A DNA stretch of 64,000 bases from NCBI GenBank assembly GCA_020891255.1, contig BQFW01000002.1, forward strand, positions 1 to 64,000, read 5' to 3'. The notes under the pieces were generated by a model. That model was given only the letters and a program-made list of their open reading frames with translations, ran no database searches and was not told where the DNA came from. How positions within the stretch are numbered: the first letter of the stretch is position 1; each line of letters opens with the position of its first letter. The position numbers were made by a program, and so were the translations under genes. Of the stretch, positions 12,335 through 26,099 are shown in pieces. The DNA comes from Entomortierella parvispora E1425. Lineage: Eukaryota > Fungi > Mortierellomycota.

Positions 12335-14200
12335 CTAAAAGTCGAGGGAAAACTTTGGGGGGGCAATTGACTCAGGCTTGCCCTTTGTCTCCAGGGTGGT
12401 TTTTGCTTCTTGGATGCCCCGCTCCACAATGAGCTGGACCCAGCTTTGGAGCTGGAGAGATGGAGCAAATATGAGATTGTCAGAAAGAGCTGTGAAGTCT
12501 GCTCTGAAGGTACCAAAATAAATGCCAAACATACCTGTTCTCTCCCGAGGGGTGTTTGCTTGACAATCTCAATGGGCTTGAAAGATCCCGCAGGGATTTT
12601 GAACTCGAGACGGAACTTGCATGCCCTTTTTCATTTGAATCCAGTATTTCGTCTTCAGTTAGCGCTGGCTTCCACTCAGTCATTTGCTCCAGCACGTACA
12701 ACTTATTCAAAGACTTACTGCATTAGAAACCTCCAGTTGTCGGCGCCCCTCCAAGTTCGTGTGGTCTCCTCATGAATCTTGTCCACTACTCCGAATGGCA
12801 TGTTGGTCAGGCTGACGAAGGCGTTGAATACCATACACATGATATACCCGTCACTAGATGTCGTTGGATCTTCAGTGTCAGTCTCTACTACATCTGAGAA
12901 TCCTCTTATCAAGGTGGTTCGTTATTTTGTTACGTACCTAAGTGCCTGTAAGAAACCATCTCGGTTGATTGCAGGCGAAGGGAGTGGCCCGCGTGTTGTA
13001 GGCTTAAAAAACTCGAGAAAAGCATGGCAACGATCTATAGATACAAGGGCGATTAGTTTCACTGGCGCATGCTGTTGCAAAAGCAGCACCATAGAACCGT
13101 CCGCTTTTTTTTTTCTTTTTTTTTTTTTTACCGAGACTTAGGACATCGTCGTCAGTAGTGGTCCACGCCGAATCATCAATCCACGTTGGCAGGGACTGGA
13201 GCACTACTCCTTGTCTTGACGACCTGTTGAATGAATCTGCAACAAGCAATTGCTCCAACGGTGTCTCGATCTTGTCCGCCTGCGGCTTGAAAAGATGCTC
13301 CTGGACAACGGTGAGGTATCTCTTCATTTCAGCGCGCTCCTCTTCTAGGTCTCCGTATTGTACTCGAGCGTAGCAATATCCCTCTGGCTGGTAGCCTTCT
13401 CCGTCTACAATACGATTCTCTTGTTCCAGAATTGAGAGCATCTCGATGACGGAAAGGGCTGCCTGACGATGAACTCTCAGTGCAGAGGACGTAAGCACGG
13501 GGGCGTGCATCGAGTACTTGCGGATGGAGGAAATGGCTCTAGTAGATGATTCGAGCAAGGCCAAGAGATCAATGGAGACATTGTCGTAGCGGTGCTGTTG
13601 CTGAGAGTTGATGGAGCTGCTGGAGCTTTCTTTGCCGTGGCCAAGTTGTCGGGACTGGTCATCGTCATCCAAGGAGAGAGGAGATTCTGGCTCTTGCACG
13701 TCGTCGCTGTGTGGGTAACTGATAATACCCCAGACCTCCAGCATGCTCTGAATATCTGTATGGCAATGTCGGAGAAGCACCTCGGGACTCGGCGACTTCA
13801 ACCCAGACCGGGGCGTGACATACTGGAGATAGCTACTAGCCCTTGCAAGCTCAAACTGCTCTTCACTGAAACTACGTGGAGTTACTTGTGTGAGCACAAG
13901 TCATGATAGCACCAGCAAGTCTGAGCAGACACGGTTCTGATTGGTCCTTACCCCTCTCCTACGGAGCCTCCAGAGGCGTAGTATCGTTGCAAATAAGTAA
14001 TGGAACCCAAGGCTCTGATGCTGGCGCGCTTCTTTGCGCTGCTTGCAAACTGTCTGGTCTGTCTTTGGAGTGAACGTGTATAACGGAGCGTGAGCTTTGC
14101 TGTTCAGTCAGACGAGAGTGCAGGTCAGCATCAAAGAAAAGATGATCAGCTGCGCCTACCGTGGTTTAATATAACCTTCGGCAAATCGCAAGGCACTCAT
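12335..14200 (-). CDS. Hypothetical multi-exon protein; the C-terminal region is possibly calponin-homology-like
   Basis: First exon MSALRFAEGYIKPR followed by a GTAGGC donor; long ORF 13897-13004; further spliced segments (SDGYIMCMVFNAFV..., LQSWVQLIVERGIQEAK...FSLDF*). The product is not recognised with confidence. Confidence 0.7.
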
Positions 14201-15839
14201 AGTAATAGTATTATTTGTGGGTGAATGAACTGAGGGTATCGTATCTCGGCAAAAGATTGGGGATTCTGAAGGAATGTAGTACTGAGCTGATGTCGGGCGG
14301 AGGCAAGTGACAGATGAACTGGTGGGATGGGGGTATATGAACTCGAGCAAAGAGAGGTCTCTTCGAGTGTTGGAATGGGGTCAAGTGAGAAAGTGGCGAG
14401 AAGGACAGAAGAGAGAGAGAAAGAGAGGGAGGGAAGGAGAAAAAGAAAGAAAAAAAGGGTGGAAGCGCTTGACTCAAGTGCAGGACCAGGTTGCAGACGA
14501 ATGGGACTGAAAGCGGGATGGGACGTTGTTGGATGGGCTGGTTCACAAACTCGTGGTGGGATCAAGTCTCAAGGAGCGAAGATTGGGCTCGACAAACGAC
14601 GGAGAAGAATAGGACAGGAAAGGGATGGGCTCGATTGGAGAAAAGTAGAAGAGAAAAGTGCGAGCAAAGAACAGGAAGACAGGATGGGAGGCGTTCGAGG
14701 TTGCCAGAGAGCCATTGGTCGGTTGCAGGTTGCAAGGATCCCGGCGGCTAAAGTGGCTTTATCCCCGCAGAGGAGCCAAGGGAAAACAAGAGGCACAGAG
14801 AAAGAAAAAAAAAAGAGGGGAGGTCTATCTTGCCTTGTAGACTTGGCTTGATGGCAGACTTGCATCTCTACACTCAACGGATCTCTGATGGACAGGACTG
14901 ATCCTCGAGATGAAAAAGGTTCGGTTCAACATCTAACGCGCGTCAACGATGTGTTTCGACCGTGGCCGTGCTGTCGTCTGGCATGCCATGTCAACGGACG
15001 GGCCAAGCCAGATGTTTCCACCTACAAGTCCTTATGTTTGTTGGTCTTTCTCCTGACCATCCTCTCCTTTTTCATGACTTTGGGTCGTCCCATCGGTTTG
15101 GAGCTCATAAAAATACAACACGGAGGTGTTTGCCCTTGTTTTTTTCGCGCTTTGGAAGATTTCCAATATGACGACTGCTGCGAGGCACCCTGTGGCGCAA
15201 GTGCAGATGCAAGTGGCGACACGGTCATCACAGTGGACTCTTGGTGGAGGGAAATGATATCAAGCATGGGCCCCTTTGGCGATGCATGTTGACCTTCTTC
15301 CGCAATCACGAGGGTAATCGATGTTCGACTCTCCTTTCCTCGCGTTTTACCCTGATTGACTCTCACGACGGTTCGGACGATAGTGTTTGTATCTCCGAGA
15401 GTATCAAGACAGACAGGAAAGAAAAAGTGGGCAGTGGTGGACGGTGGACCAGCAGAGGAAGGGGGCAGGGATATTGGCAGGGGTCGCGGGACCTTTTCTT
15501 TTGCCTCCTTCATGTACAACCAGACCAAACAACGAGTTGGTTCGTGTTGGAATCGTCTGCAGTCAACAAGCGGGATTGCTACGTGAGCAAAGCACAAAGC
15601 AGGGGGGACAAAGACAGACCACACAGGGGGCACTCAAGGGTCTGTCTGATCTGGTCCCGTCCATCGCGCCGTGTCACCACCACTTCATCTTACCCACGCA
15701 ACGCCGTCGACGAGGGATTCAACACCGCCAGTCCATAAATAAGACACGACCACCCCGCTCCCCTCGGCCATCTTCCCACTTGTCCTTCGACACTTATTCC
15801 CCTTCTTCCAAGAACCCATCCTTGCCCTGCCCTTCCGCT

Positions 15840-17000
15840 ATGTCTCAAGATAACACCGGCCTCGACTACCACCAGGTGGAACACCCACTGTCGAACGATG
15901 CCATCCAAAAGCCCTTTACTGAGCAGAGCACTGTCACCGAGAACGCAACAGAATCCGAGGCGAGCGATTCCTCTCCTGCCCCCCGTGATCGAAGCAGCAG
16001 CGACGCTCCCAAGGCCCAGATCGACACCAGCCGGGCAGGCTCATTTGGTAAGTTATCTGTCCTTCAACAGAAGAACAGAAGAACAGAAGAACTTTCTAGC
16101 TTCTGTATAGTTGGCTGACATTGCAATCCCACGCCGCTATAGACCATTCGGCATATATGACTCCAAAGATCAGGAGTCTTCTTTTGTGGGAGAACCCGGC
16201 TCTCTCAGGGAGCGTCCTCGCTGGCTCCCTCGCTCTTGTCCTTTCTTGCCGCTGGGTCAACATCCTCAACGTGATGTGCGCTCTCTTTGTCCTTGGAACA
16301 TTGGGCTCTCTTGCCTACGTGAACGGCCTTGTTTTCTTTGGAAAGGTAACAGGCGCGACTTCTGGTCGCCCCTTGGAGTAAGTTGAACCCCTAGATGCAG
16401 AGCAAAAAAAAAAAAGAAAAAAAAAAAAAGGAACGTCCTGGGCCAATGGCTGACAACACTTTTCTGCATCTGCATTGAATGAAATAGGAAGTACTACTCT
16501 CGATCGGCCGAGTTTGTGCACCTCGACTCTGAGGCAATCCATCGCAGAGTGGACTACCTTACCGACGGTCTGAACGTGATCCTTACAGAACTGGCAAAAG
16601 TTGTCCTCATTGAAGACAACAAGCGAAGTCTCAAGGTAAGCAGAAACATCCTGGTAGTTCTGCCTTGTGGGTACATCTGCTCACGTCCCTAACTCTTGTC
16701 GTGTGTTGTGTGTAGTACATTGGCATCTTTTATGGCATCTGGACCCTCCGCACATGGTTCTCTACAACGACCCTTCTCTCCATGATCTTGATCTCTGTCT
16801 TTGCCGCTCCCCGCCTGTACCTTGACAATCAAGTCGTCATTGACGCTCATATCGCAAAGACCAACGACCTTGTCCAACAACATGTGGGCAAGGGCCGCCA
16901 AGCTGTCATGAAGCAATGGACCGGTGTCTCCTCAAAAGTGGAGCAGTTTGCAAACGACAAGGGATTGCTGTCGAAAAAGAAGGTAGAAAAGGCCGAATAG
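15840..17000 (+). CDS. RTN1: Reticulon-domain ER-shaping protein
   Basis: IRSLLLWENPALSG reticulon start and two long hydrophobic hairpin segments; GT-AG introns join in frame. Confidence 0.88.
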
Positions 17001-17288
17001 ATGGGAACTCTTCACATACACCATTTACCCGACTCTCATACCGTTGAAGGCGTTTTCATTTATTTGGATGGTGAAATAAAGGTAGAATGCTGAAAAGTTA
17101 TTGTACAATAATAGTGTGGTTTCCCTTCTTTCCCATGACTCTCTTGTGGGCCAGGTCTTTTGAATCTCTTGCCAATGGCATGCAGTGACGGCACAGAGGA
17201 GGGATGGATATCAAAAATTACGAGAAAGGGTTGTGGATGGGTGCTTGTATGAGTGAAAGAAAAGAGAAAACTGAAAGTAAGGATAAAC

Positions 17289-18737
<1,449 letters not shown>

Positions 18738-19363
18738 GGTGGTTACGGGGATGGGTGATGGGTGAGAGAGACAAGCAAAAAAAAAGAAAAAAAAAAATGT
18801 GTTTGCACGGCCTCTTGCCACGCACTGCTGAGAAGTCCAAGCCACATCCAAACACTGAAATTCCGCGTCACGTTGCTGGCCCACATGGTCGCCCCTTAAC
18901 AAGTACATGCAAGCATGCTGCCGTGGCGACCTGAAGGTGATGGTGACAATCACATGGCGATGGCGACAACCCCACGAAATGACTGAGAGTGTTTGTAAAC
19001 AGTCAAAGCATTCCATCGCTGACTCCTTGTTCCGATCCATTACAAACATTTGCCGCATCCTTTCCGCATCCTCTCCCGCTTCAAAACCTCCCAACTGTGC
19101 GCATCCAATCAATCCAATCCAAATCAATTGCAGTCCCCATCACATCTACGTCCACGCCAGACAGACGTACGCTGAGCAGCACTGGCCACACTCCGCCACC
19201 AAAAAAACACACACACCGCGACGCGCCGTTGAACTATTCCACTCCACCCGTGCCTCTCCTCCCTCAACAACCGAGACCTCCTCCTGCAACAAACTCTTCT
19301 TCACGCCAACCCGTCCATTGCACAGCAACATCGACCCATTGACACCAGAGAAACTACTCGGCT

Positions 19364-21858
19364 ATGAAAGGTCGTAACAAAAGGTTTGTCAAGGACTCGT
19401 CTTCCACCCCAGAGGCCTCCGCACCTTTGGTGACCTCTGTCGCCAGCACCAGCATCACTGATACCCCAGGAACAGAAGGCGGCCCCGTTCGCAGAACTAT
19501 GACAACTCGCTCAAGGAAACGCGCCGCTCCCGGCGCCCCGCCGCCCTCCCATTCTCCTGCAGAGGGCGAGAGAGTAGGCGTCTTCAATCACACGTCCAAA
19601 CTGCCAAAGAGGAAGGATATCCAGCCAGAGCACCATGACAACCCAAGCGTCAACACTGAACTCAACCAAACCGATGAAGATACCCCAAGTGTTGTTTCTG
19701 CTGGCGCTCTGACGATGAATGGCAGCAGTAGAGGTGGCAGTAGTAGTAGCAACAACGACCAAACTTCAAGAAAGGCTTTTTCAAGTCAGCCTGACACTGA
19801 TGAACCTTCGCTACGTGCTACTACCACCGCCATCGAGAGTCGTGCCCCATTTCGCTCAAGGCCAGATGACTTTCTGCGTTCACCGCCAGGGCTGAGATCT
19901 CCTCCGCCCCAAGGGCTACGCTCTCCGTCGGGTCTAAGGTCACCTCCAGGACTGAAGTCGCCCATCCGAAAATTCTTTTATGACAGGTAGGCAATGCACA
20001 TCACGATCACGTTGAAACCAAAAAAAACAGCCAATCTGATCGAACCTGATTAGATATATACCAGCAAGGGAAGGAGAACTTGCGGAAAAGTATAATAGGT
20101 TACCAGGAACTCCAACAACACCACTAATGCAAGAAGGTATGAGGAGGTCGTCCATATCGACGACACCTGGGCAGGCCGAGTCGGGACATCAGACCATTGA
20201 TCACCATAAACGAGGTAAATTCCAGAGATATGAGCCAGGTCTGGTCGAGATGTTCAACTTTTCCTTTCATTTCCTTTACTAACTTTTATTTGGTATTCAG
20301 CCATGCATGAGGCCCATGACAGCTTGATCGCGTCGCAGATGCAAATGACAGGAACACGTCATGGCCCAGTCTCCAGTATACCGCGACGTCTTTTTGAATT
20401 CTCATCAACAACCACCCAAAATGTACAACATCATGATTCGCCAAACCGTCAAGTTTACCAAGAAGCGACAGTAACCCAGGAAGCAAGGAAAGTCCTTCTC
20501 AACCCGACAAAGTCGATCCGTCAGATCAACAAAGTGCCATTCAAGATTCTTGACGCACCAGAGTTACGAGTAAGTAGGATAATGCAACTTGCTTACATTC
20601 ACCACCTGCTCTTTGTCATGTTCCTATACCTAATGACGTTGATCTCGGAACTTCTTAGGACGACTTTTATCTCAACCTTGTCGACTGGTCGTCACAAAAT
20701 GTTCTTGGTGTGGGCCTTGGAAGCTGCGTTTACCTATGGAGTGCGATGACAAGCTCAGTGAACTTGCTTTGCGATCTCGGAGCAAACGACAGTGTCACTT
20801 CTATTAGTTGGGTCTCCAGCGTAAGTGACGCGCCATGGTGAGGATGCTTGTATGTCATGATAATTCTCTTTGTTAACAACTTGACCTTGAATTCTTGTTT
20901 ATTTAGGGTGCGCACTTGGCCATAGGTACAGAGGGGGGCGCCGTCCAACTTTGGGATGTGCAGGCCAGTCAAAGGATCCGAACAATGACTGGACACACTG
21001 GTCGCGTAGGAGCTTTAGCTTGGAACGACCATACACTGACGTCTGGAAGTCGTGACCGCAATATATACCATCGTGACGTGCGAGCGCCTGGCATGTGGCA
21101 ACATAAACTTGTAGGCCATGATCGTGAGGTAAGACGGGCGTTGAAAAACATGAACATGTTTTTTTTTTTTTTTTTTTTTTCCTTCAAGGAGTTTTGCATC
21201 TAACACGATCCATCGATCTAGGTTTGCGGACTAAAATGGAGTAATAATGGATCACAGCTAGCCAGTGGTGGAAACGACAACAGATTAATGGTGTGGGGAC
21301 AGGGATCTACCACACCGACGTTTACTTTCCACGACCATACCGCCGCTGTCAAGGCCATAGACTGGAGCCCTCACGAGGCAAATCTCCTAGCCAGTGGAGG
21401 AGGTACAGCGGATCGTCATATCCGGTTTTGGAATACATCTACGGGCAAGGCCATCAGTGCAACAGATACTGGCTCCCAGGTTTGTGAAGTGCAGGTTTGA
21501 AGAACATTGTGGGCGAAGCATAGATGGATCATACTAACAATGGGCTGCCGTATTCTTTTCATAGGTGTGTAATCTCGCATGGTCAAAAACATCAAGAGAG
21601 CTCGTTTCTACACATGGATTCCAACAGAATCAGGTTTTGGTATGGAAATACCCACAAATGCAGCAGCTAGCGAGTCTCCCAGGACATCAGATGCGAGTTC
21701 TCTATCTCGCATTGTCTCCCGATGGTCAAACAATTGTTACGGGCGCAGGGGACGAAACTCTTCGCTTTTGGAACGTTTTCCAGAAAAGCAAATCCGACAA
21801 AAGCGAAGACGATGACACATCCTTTTCATTGCCCATTCCTCAGACCACGCTCCGTTGA
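19364..21858 (+). CDS. CDH1: APC/C co-activator Cdh1/Fizzy-related WD40 protein
   Basis: Spliced C-box DRYIPAR; [12 protein letters not shown]; WD40 repeats ([26 protein letters not shown]); C-terminal LR tail. Confidence 0.93.
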
Positions 21859-22120
21859 ACAATCGCCCTGGGCACCATCATTTCTGGTTCACGTCTCCAT
21901 TTTGCCAAATCGCCCCTTACCCACTCCTTGTACAGTTCCCCCATGATATCTTTAGGGTAGTTGTGTTGCTGGTAGATGTCCTGTGCTATAAAATGTCCGT
22001 TTTTTTCAAGATTCTTTTTGCGCTCCTTTGAAATGAAATGGATCTGTTGCGCCCTGAGTCTCCGGTCCATGAATAAACACGGAAAGAGTCGCGCTCGACG
22101 CAACGAGGTTTATTCAATAT

Positions 22121-22892
22121 TTAGATGAATCCGATCTTGTTGGCAACATCAAGAGCATCGACGTCAGCGGTGAGCTTGATGTAAGCCTTCTTGTTGCCAT
22201 CGGGGCTAATAAGAATCAATAAAAAACAAGGGATGAGTTGGGTGTTGCTACAACCGTATTATGAGCAGATTGTGCAAAGACGTAGAGTCGTAGAGTCGGT
22301 CCTCATCCAGAATAGAGTCAAGTTCTTCCATTCGACGTCTTTCATTCCTCTTGATCAAAATAAATCCTGCAGTTGACATGATCTGGCGCCAATTGCCGTC
22401 CACAAATCCTGCCCTGAGAATTTAAAAAAAATGCAAATACGACATACCGGATGAGGGTGTTGACCTTGAGGGCGGTAACATCGTACATCTTCTTCAAGGC
22501 ATCCTTGATCTGGCGCTTGTTGGCCTTGACATCAACGAGGAAGACGAGAGTGTTGTTCTCCTCGATCTTCTTCATGGCAGACTCGGTGTTGAGGGGAGTC
22601 TTCAAGACCTTGTACTGATCCAAACGGGGGACGTGGGGAACAGACTTGCGAGCGTACTTGGGGTTACGGGCAAGCTTCAAGGTCTTGGGGCGGTTGAAGG
22701 TGGTCGAGGTGCGGATCTTGCGAGCCTTCTGACCGTTCACACCCTTCAAGGCAGCCTTCTTGGCGGCGAGAGCCTTGTTCTTATCCGAAGGAGCAGCTAC
22801 AGTTGGTTGATAGGTTGATGTTGGCAACAGGAAAAAGAAAGATATCGAGATGAGTCCAGGGTCCAACGCAATAGTTTTGCAATGTTGATTGA

Positions 22893-22926
<34 letters not shown>

Positions 22927-23317
22927 CGTTCCAGCTGATGCAAAGGTCGTTCGCTCCAGAGAAATGTTCATTCCACAATCGTGTTTTTGATGATGGCTCC
23001 CACATGAGAATCCTGCCAGATTCCTGATTAGATGTCACATTGTCGATTTGGTGAAATGTGTGTCATGCCATCCCATGGGTCCGCATGGACTCTACTGGGC
23101 ATGCAAATACATCTCTGATGGTGCATGAAACAGAGTCCATCTGTCCTGCTCTGTGAAGTCCCGTAAAGTCCTGTCCAGCATGGCGATGGCGATGGCGGGA
23201 ACTTGGCGATGAAGCTCCTCCAGTTTGATGGATCGATGTGTGTGTGTGTTTGATCGATGGATGATCTGCCATGGATCCAACTGCTATCTCCCCGTGCGCC
23301 GCACCTTTGGAAGTCAT
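22121..23317 (-). CDS. RPL25: 60S ribosomal protein uL23 (L25/L23a), 3 exons
   Basis: MTSK|[19 protein letters not shown]...[22 protein letters not shown]...KVNTLIR|PDGNKKAY...NKIGFI*. Confidence 0.96.
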
Positions 23318-23514
23318 ATTGCTTGGATATGGAGAAAGAGAGCGAGCACAGGCAGAGTCGCCGCCTCAATTTTACCAAGAGGAACCCCGAAAACATCACG
23401 TGATCCCGGTTTCCTGCGGTGTCGTTCGGCATTCCCGATGTATACAATCAAATAATGATCAACACACATCCTTCCTCTTGCATCTCTCCACCACCTCCAT
23501 CCCTTCCAACGACA

Positions 23515-23899
23515 ATGTCTCTTATCAACCGCCCCAACCCCGTGCCTGCCATGCAGCGTCTCTACCAGGTTCGAAACGACGTTCTATCGGCGGCATCTCT
23601 CTCATGGACTTTCTTTAGTTTTATTGACATTTTCTCTTTCACCAATCTTGCAGACCAACACGCACGTCCCCATCTACCTCAAGAAGGGTGGTGACAAGTT
23701 CATCATGGCCACCTTCGCCGGTCTCCTCGCCGTCGGCTTGGCTGGAAGCTTCTACGGTGCCACCAAGATGGCCAGAGTAAGAACTATTACGAATACTTTC
23801 GTTTTTCTGGCGCGTATCAGGAATTTTGAGAAAGAACTCGTGTCCTGACCTGTCCATTGCCATTGCATTCTTCTTTCTTTGTAGGGCGTCAAGAACTAA
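23515..23899 (+). CDS. Small cytochrome c oxidase subunit VIIa-like protein, 3 exons
   Basis: MSLINRPNPVPAMQRLYQ|TNTHVPIYLKKGGDK plus one TM helix and |GVKN*; this fits the COX7a pattern (N-x-V...Q+xxQ...P-x-Y-L-K-x-G-x-D). Confidence 0.8.
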
Positions 23900-24371
23900 A
23901 TCACCCCGATAGACTTCAACGCGTGGTACTTGACCTTCATTATCAGAAATACACGGAAAAATCGACAATTTATTATAAAGGGTTCATGATGTGGACCACG
24001 TCCGGATAGGCGTTTCTTCACTCTATCCCATCAACATTTTCAAAAAAAAATCATTGGCATGGACTTTGGGAGCGTCTCTTGTGGGCTTTGTTCAAAGGGA
24101 CTGCAACCTGTGGTCGATTTTTGTGTCGAAAAATAAATAACGACTCATAATCCACTTGTTCCTCGAGAGTGGTTGGTTGGTAAAATCACTTTTGTGCAGG
24201 TGCAGGAATTGAAACACGAAAAAAAAACATGCCGGAGAAGCGAAAAAAATGATGTTATTAATGCGGTATTTTGCTACGAGTATCTTGGAATTACGGCCGC
24301 CACTGTGCACTTCATCGTTGACCCGCGCCTGGGTCTTTGCTCAAGGCATGGGGATGCCTTTTGCCATTGTG

Positions 24372-26099
24372 TTAACTGGGTGAGCTTGATTGAGGATTCA
24401 GGGCCGGCGGTCGATATATAGTCGGAACGGGTGCCTTTGTGGAAAGGTCTGTTGCCCCTGAAAGTTGTGATGATGACGGAGGTGATTCGTCTGTTGGGCT
24501 GTAATAATTATAGGAGGAACAAACGCTTGCTTGCCTCGACGGATCATCTGAGCGAACCAACTCATCCAGTAGAGGCGGATGCATCATAAGCTGTGTTTGT
24601 GATTGCACCTGGGGTTGGAAGATCCGTGGGTAGAGTTGTTGCTCGTGGTAATAATCATGTAGAATGGGTGGCGTATAGGGTGTATAGAGCTGCGAATATG
24701 ATGGCTGAGAGGTCAAATCTCGATGGCGAATCTGGTCATGGTATCCGTATCCATTCTGTTCTTGGCCCAGTTCATGTTGTGCATGTTGTTGTTGAAACGA
24801 TGTTCCCCATTGTTGAGACTGTTCGGTGCCGTCTCTTGCTTGATCCAAGGATCTTGATGAATGAGTCTTGTCATGCTCAGAGTCCGCTAACTGTTGAGGG
24901 GCCTGACTACGCTGACGCTGGCGCCTACGACCATAGAGGAATCCAACCACCAATGCAATGACGACAACCGCCGCTGCCACAGGACCCACAATGATACCGA
25001 TATTCCTCTTTCCGTTTAAAGCGCCTGGACTGCTAGCCCAAGGAGCAGAGGGATCCGAAACGGGCATCGGTGAAAAATTAGTTTGCCAAGAGTCCGTTCG
25101 AGCGTTGTAAATGATGGTGAGGTTCGAGCTGATCACTGTGTTGACACCACCCCCACCCCAGACCACGAAAAGATCGTTCGTCATGGCGCAAGAACACTCG
25201 GCCCGTGCACTGGCCACGCCGGCATCTTTGCCCTTGGACCATGTCAGAGAAGCAGTGTCGAGGATGTAAATATCGCTGAGAACCGAATTGGACTCGTCGG
25301 TCAAACCGCCAAAGAGTATCATCTTTTGGCCGTTGTAGGCAGGGACCATGCAGGCTGACCGCCGGGGGCTAGGCACTGTACCTTGAGGAGACAATAACGC
25401 CCAGCCGTTGATGGGGTCCCACGAGTACATGGCTCCATTGACATTGTTGGTTCCGCTGACAGCACCTCCAAAGAGGAACATCTTTTTGGCTTGACCGCTC
25501 CAGGCAATTGCATAGCTGACCATGTTGACAAGAGCCGGATGCATGTCGACACTGTTGAGGACGTTGTTGATCACGTCGAACTGAAACATCTGGGTGGTCG
25601 TCGCATTGACCAAGAATCCATTAGGGACGTAGATCATACCCGTATCGGGGTCAGTGGCAGCCCCAAGACCCCGAGTACGACTGACCTCTGCTGAACCTCC
25701 GAGAGATCGCCAGGTATCGGGCGGAATGGTGTACTCTAGTCCCGTGCCGTTGGAGAGCACGAACCAGTTTTTATGGTCATTCAGGAGTGATGCAGAGTGT
25801 TTATAATCGCTGGGTCCATCGAGTAAGCGTCGATATGGAACCGAGGATATGTCCCAGGATGAAGAGAGGTCGATGGAGAAAGTTTGAGGAATGGTAAAAG
25901 TGCCGTTGCTGCCTCCTTGTATGACAAACGTCTGACCCTCAACAAAGGCGGATGCGCTGCCCCATGCCGTGGTTGGCTGAAACCCTTGGGATTGGACAAT
26001 TGAACAGAGAGTGGAGCATAGAGTGGCAAGAGTGAATATCCGAATGAAGAATGAGGCAGAGCCAACACCTCTTCGGGGAGATCCTGTCCTTTGGCACAT
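24372..26099 (-). CDS. Kelch/galactose-oxidase-type beta-propeller, single-pass membrane protein (about 575 aa, no intron seen)
   Basis: Signal-like hydrophobic N-terminus, repeated Kelch motifs (FVIQGG, FLFGG, MILFGG, FVVWGGGG), TM segment IGIIVGPVAAAVVVIALVVGFLY, and a Q/P/S-rich cytoplasmic tail. Confidence 0.88.
   Translation of the reverse strand: MCQRTGSPRRGVGSASFFIRIFTLATLCSTLCSIVQSQGFQPTTAWGSASAFVEGQTFVIQGGSNGTFTIPQTFSIDLSSSWDISSVPYRRLLDGPSDYKHSASLLNDHKNWFVLSNGTGLEYTIPPDTWRSLGGSAEVSRTRGLGAATDPDTGMIYVPNGFLVNATTTQMFQFDVINNVLNSVDMHPALVNMVSYAIAWSGQAKKMFLFGGAVSGTNNVNGAMYSWDPINGWALLSPQGTVPSPRRSACMVPAYNGQKMILFGGLTDESNSVLSDIYILDTASLTWSKGKDAGVASARAECSCAMTNDLFVVWGGGGVNTVISSNLTIIYNARTDSWQTNFSPMPVSDPSAPWASSPGALNGKRNIGIIVGPVAAAVVVIALVVGFLYGRRRQRQRSQAPQQLADSEHDKTHSSRSLDQARDGTEQSQQWGTSFQQQHAQHELGQEQNGYGYHDQIRHRDLTSQPSYSQLYTPYTPPILHDYYHEQQLYPRIFQPQVQSQTQLMMHPPLLDELVRSDDPSRQASVCSSYNYYSPTDESPPSSSQLSGATDLSTKAPVPTIYRPPALNPQSSSPS

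Noticed and set aside
22271-22351. H/ACA snoRNA candidate in RPL25 intron 2 (AGAGGA H-box, AAAGACGT/ACGTCTTT stem, ACA)
   Set aside because: No convincing upper stem or 5' hairpin could be formed by eye; short boxes arise easily by chance.
22988-23027. C-box/D-box-like TGATGA...CTGA in RPL25 intron 1
   Set aside because: It is antisense to the host gene and only about 40 nt apart, too short for a C/D snoRNA.
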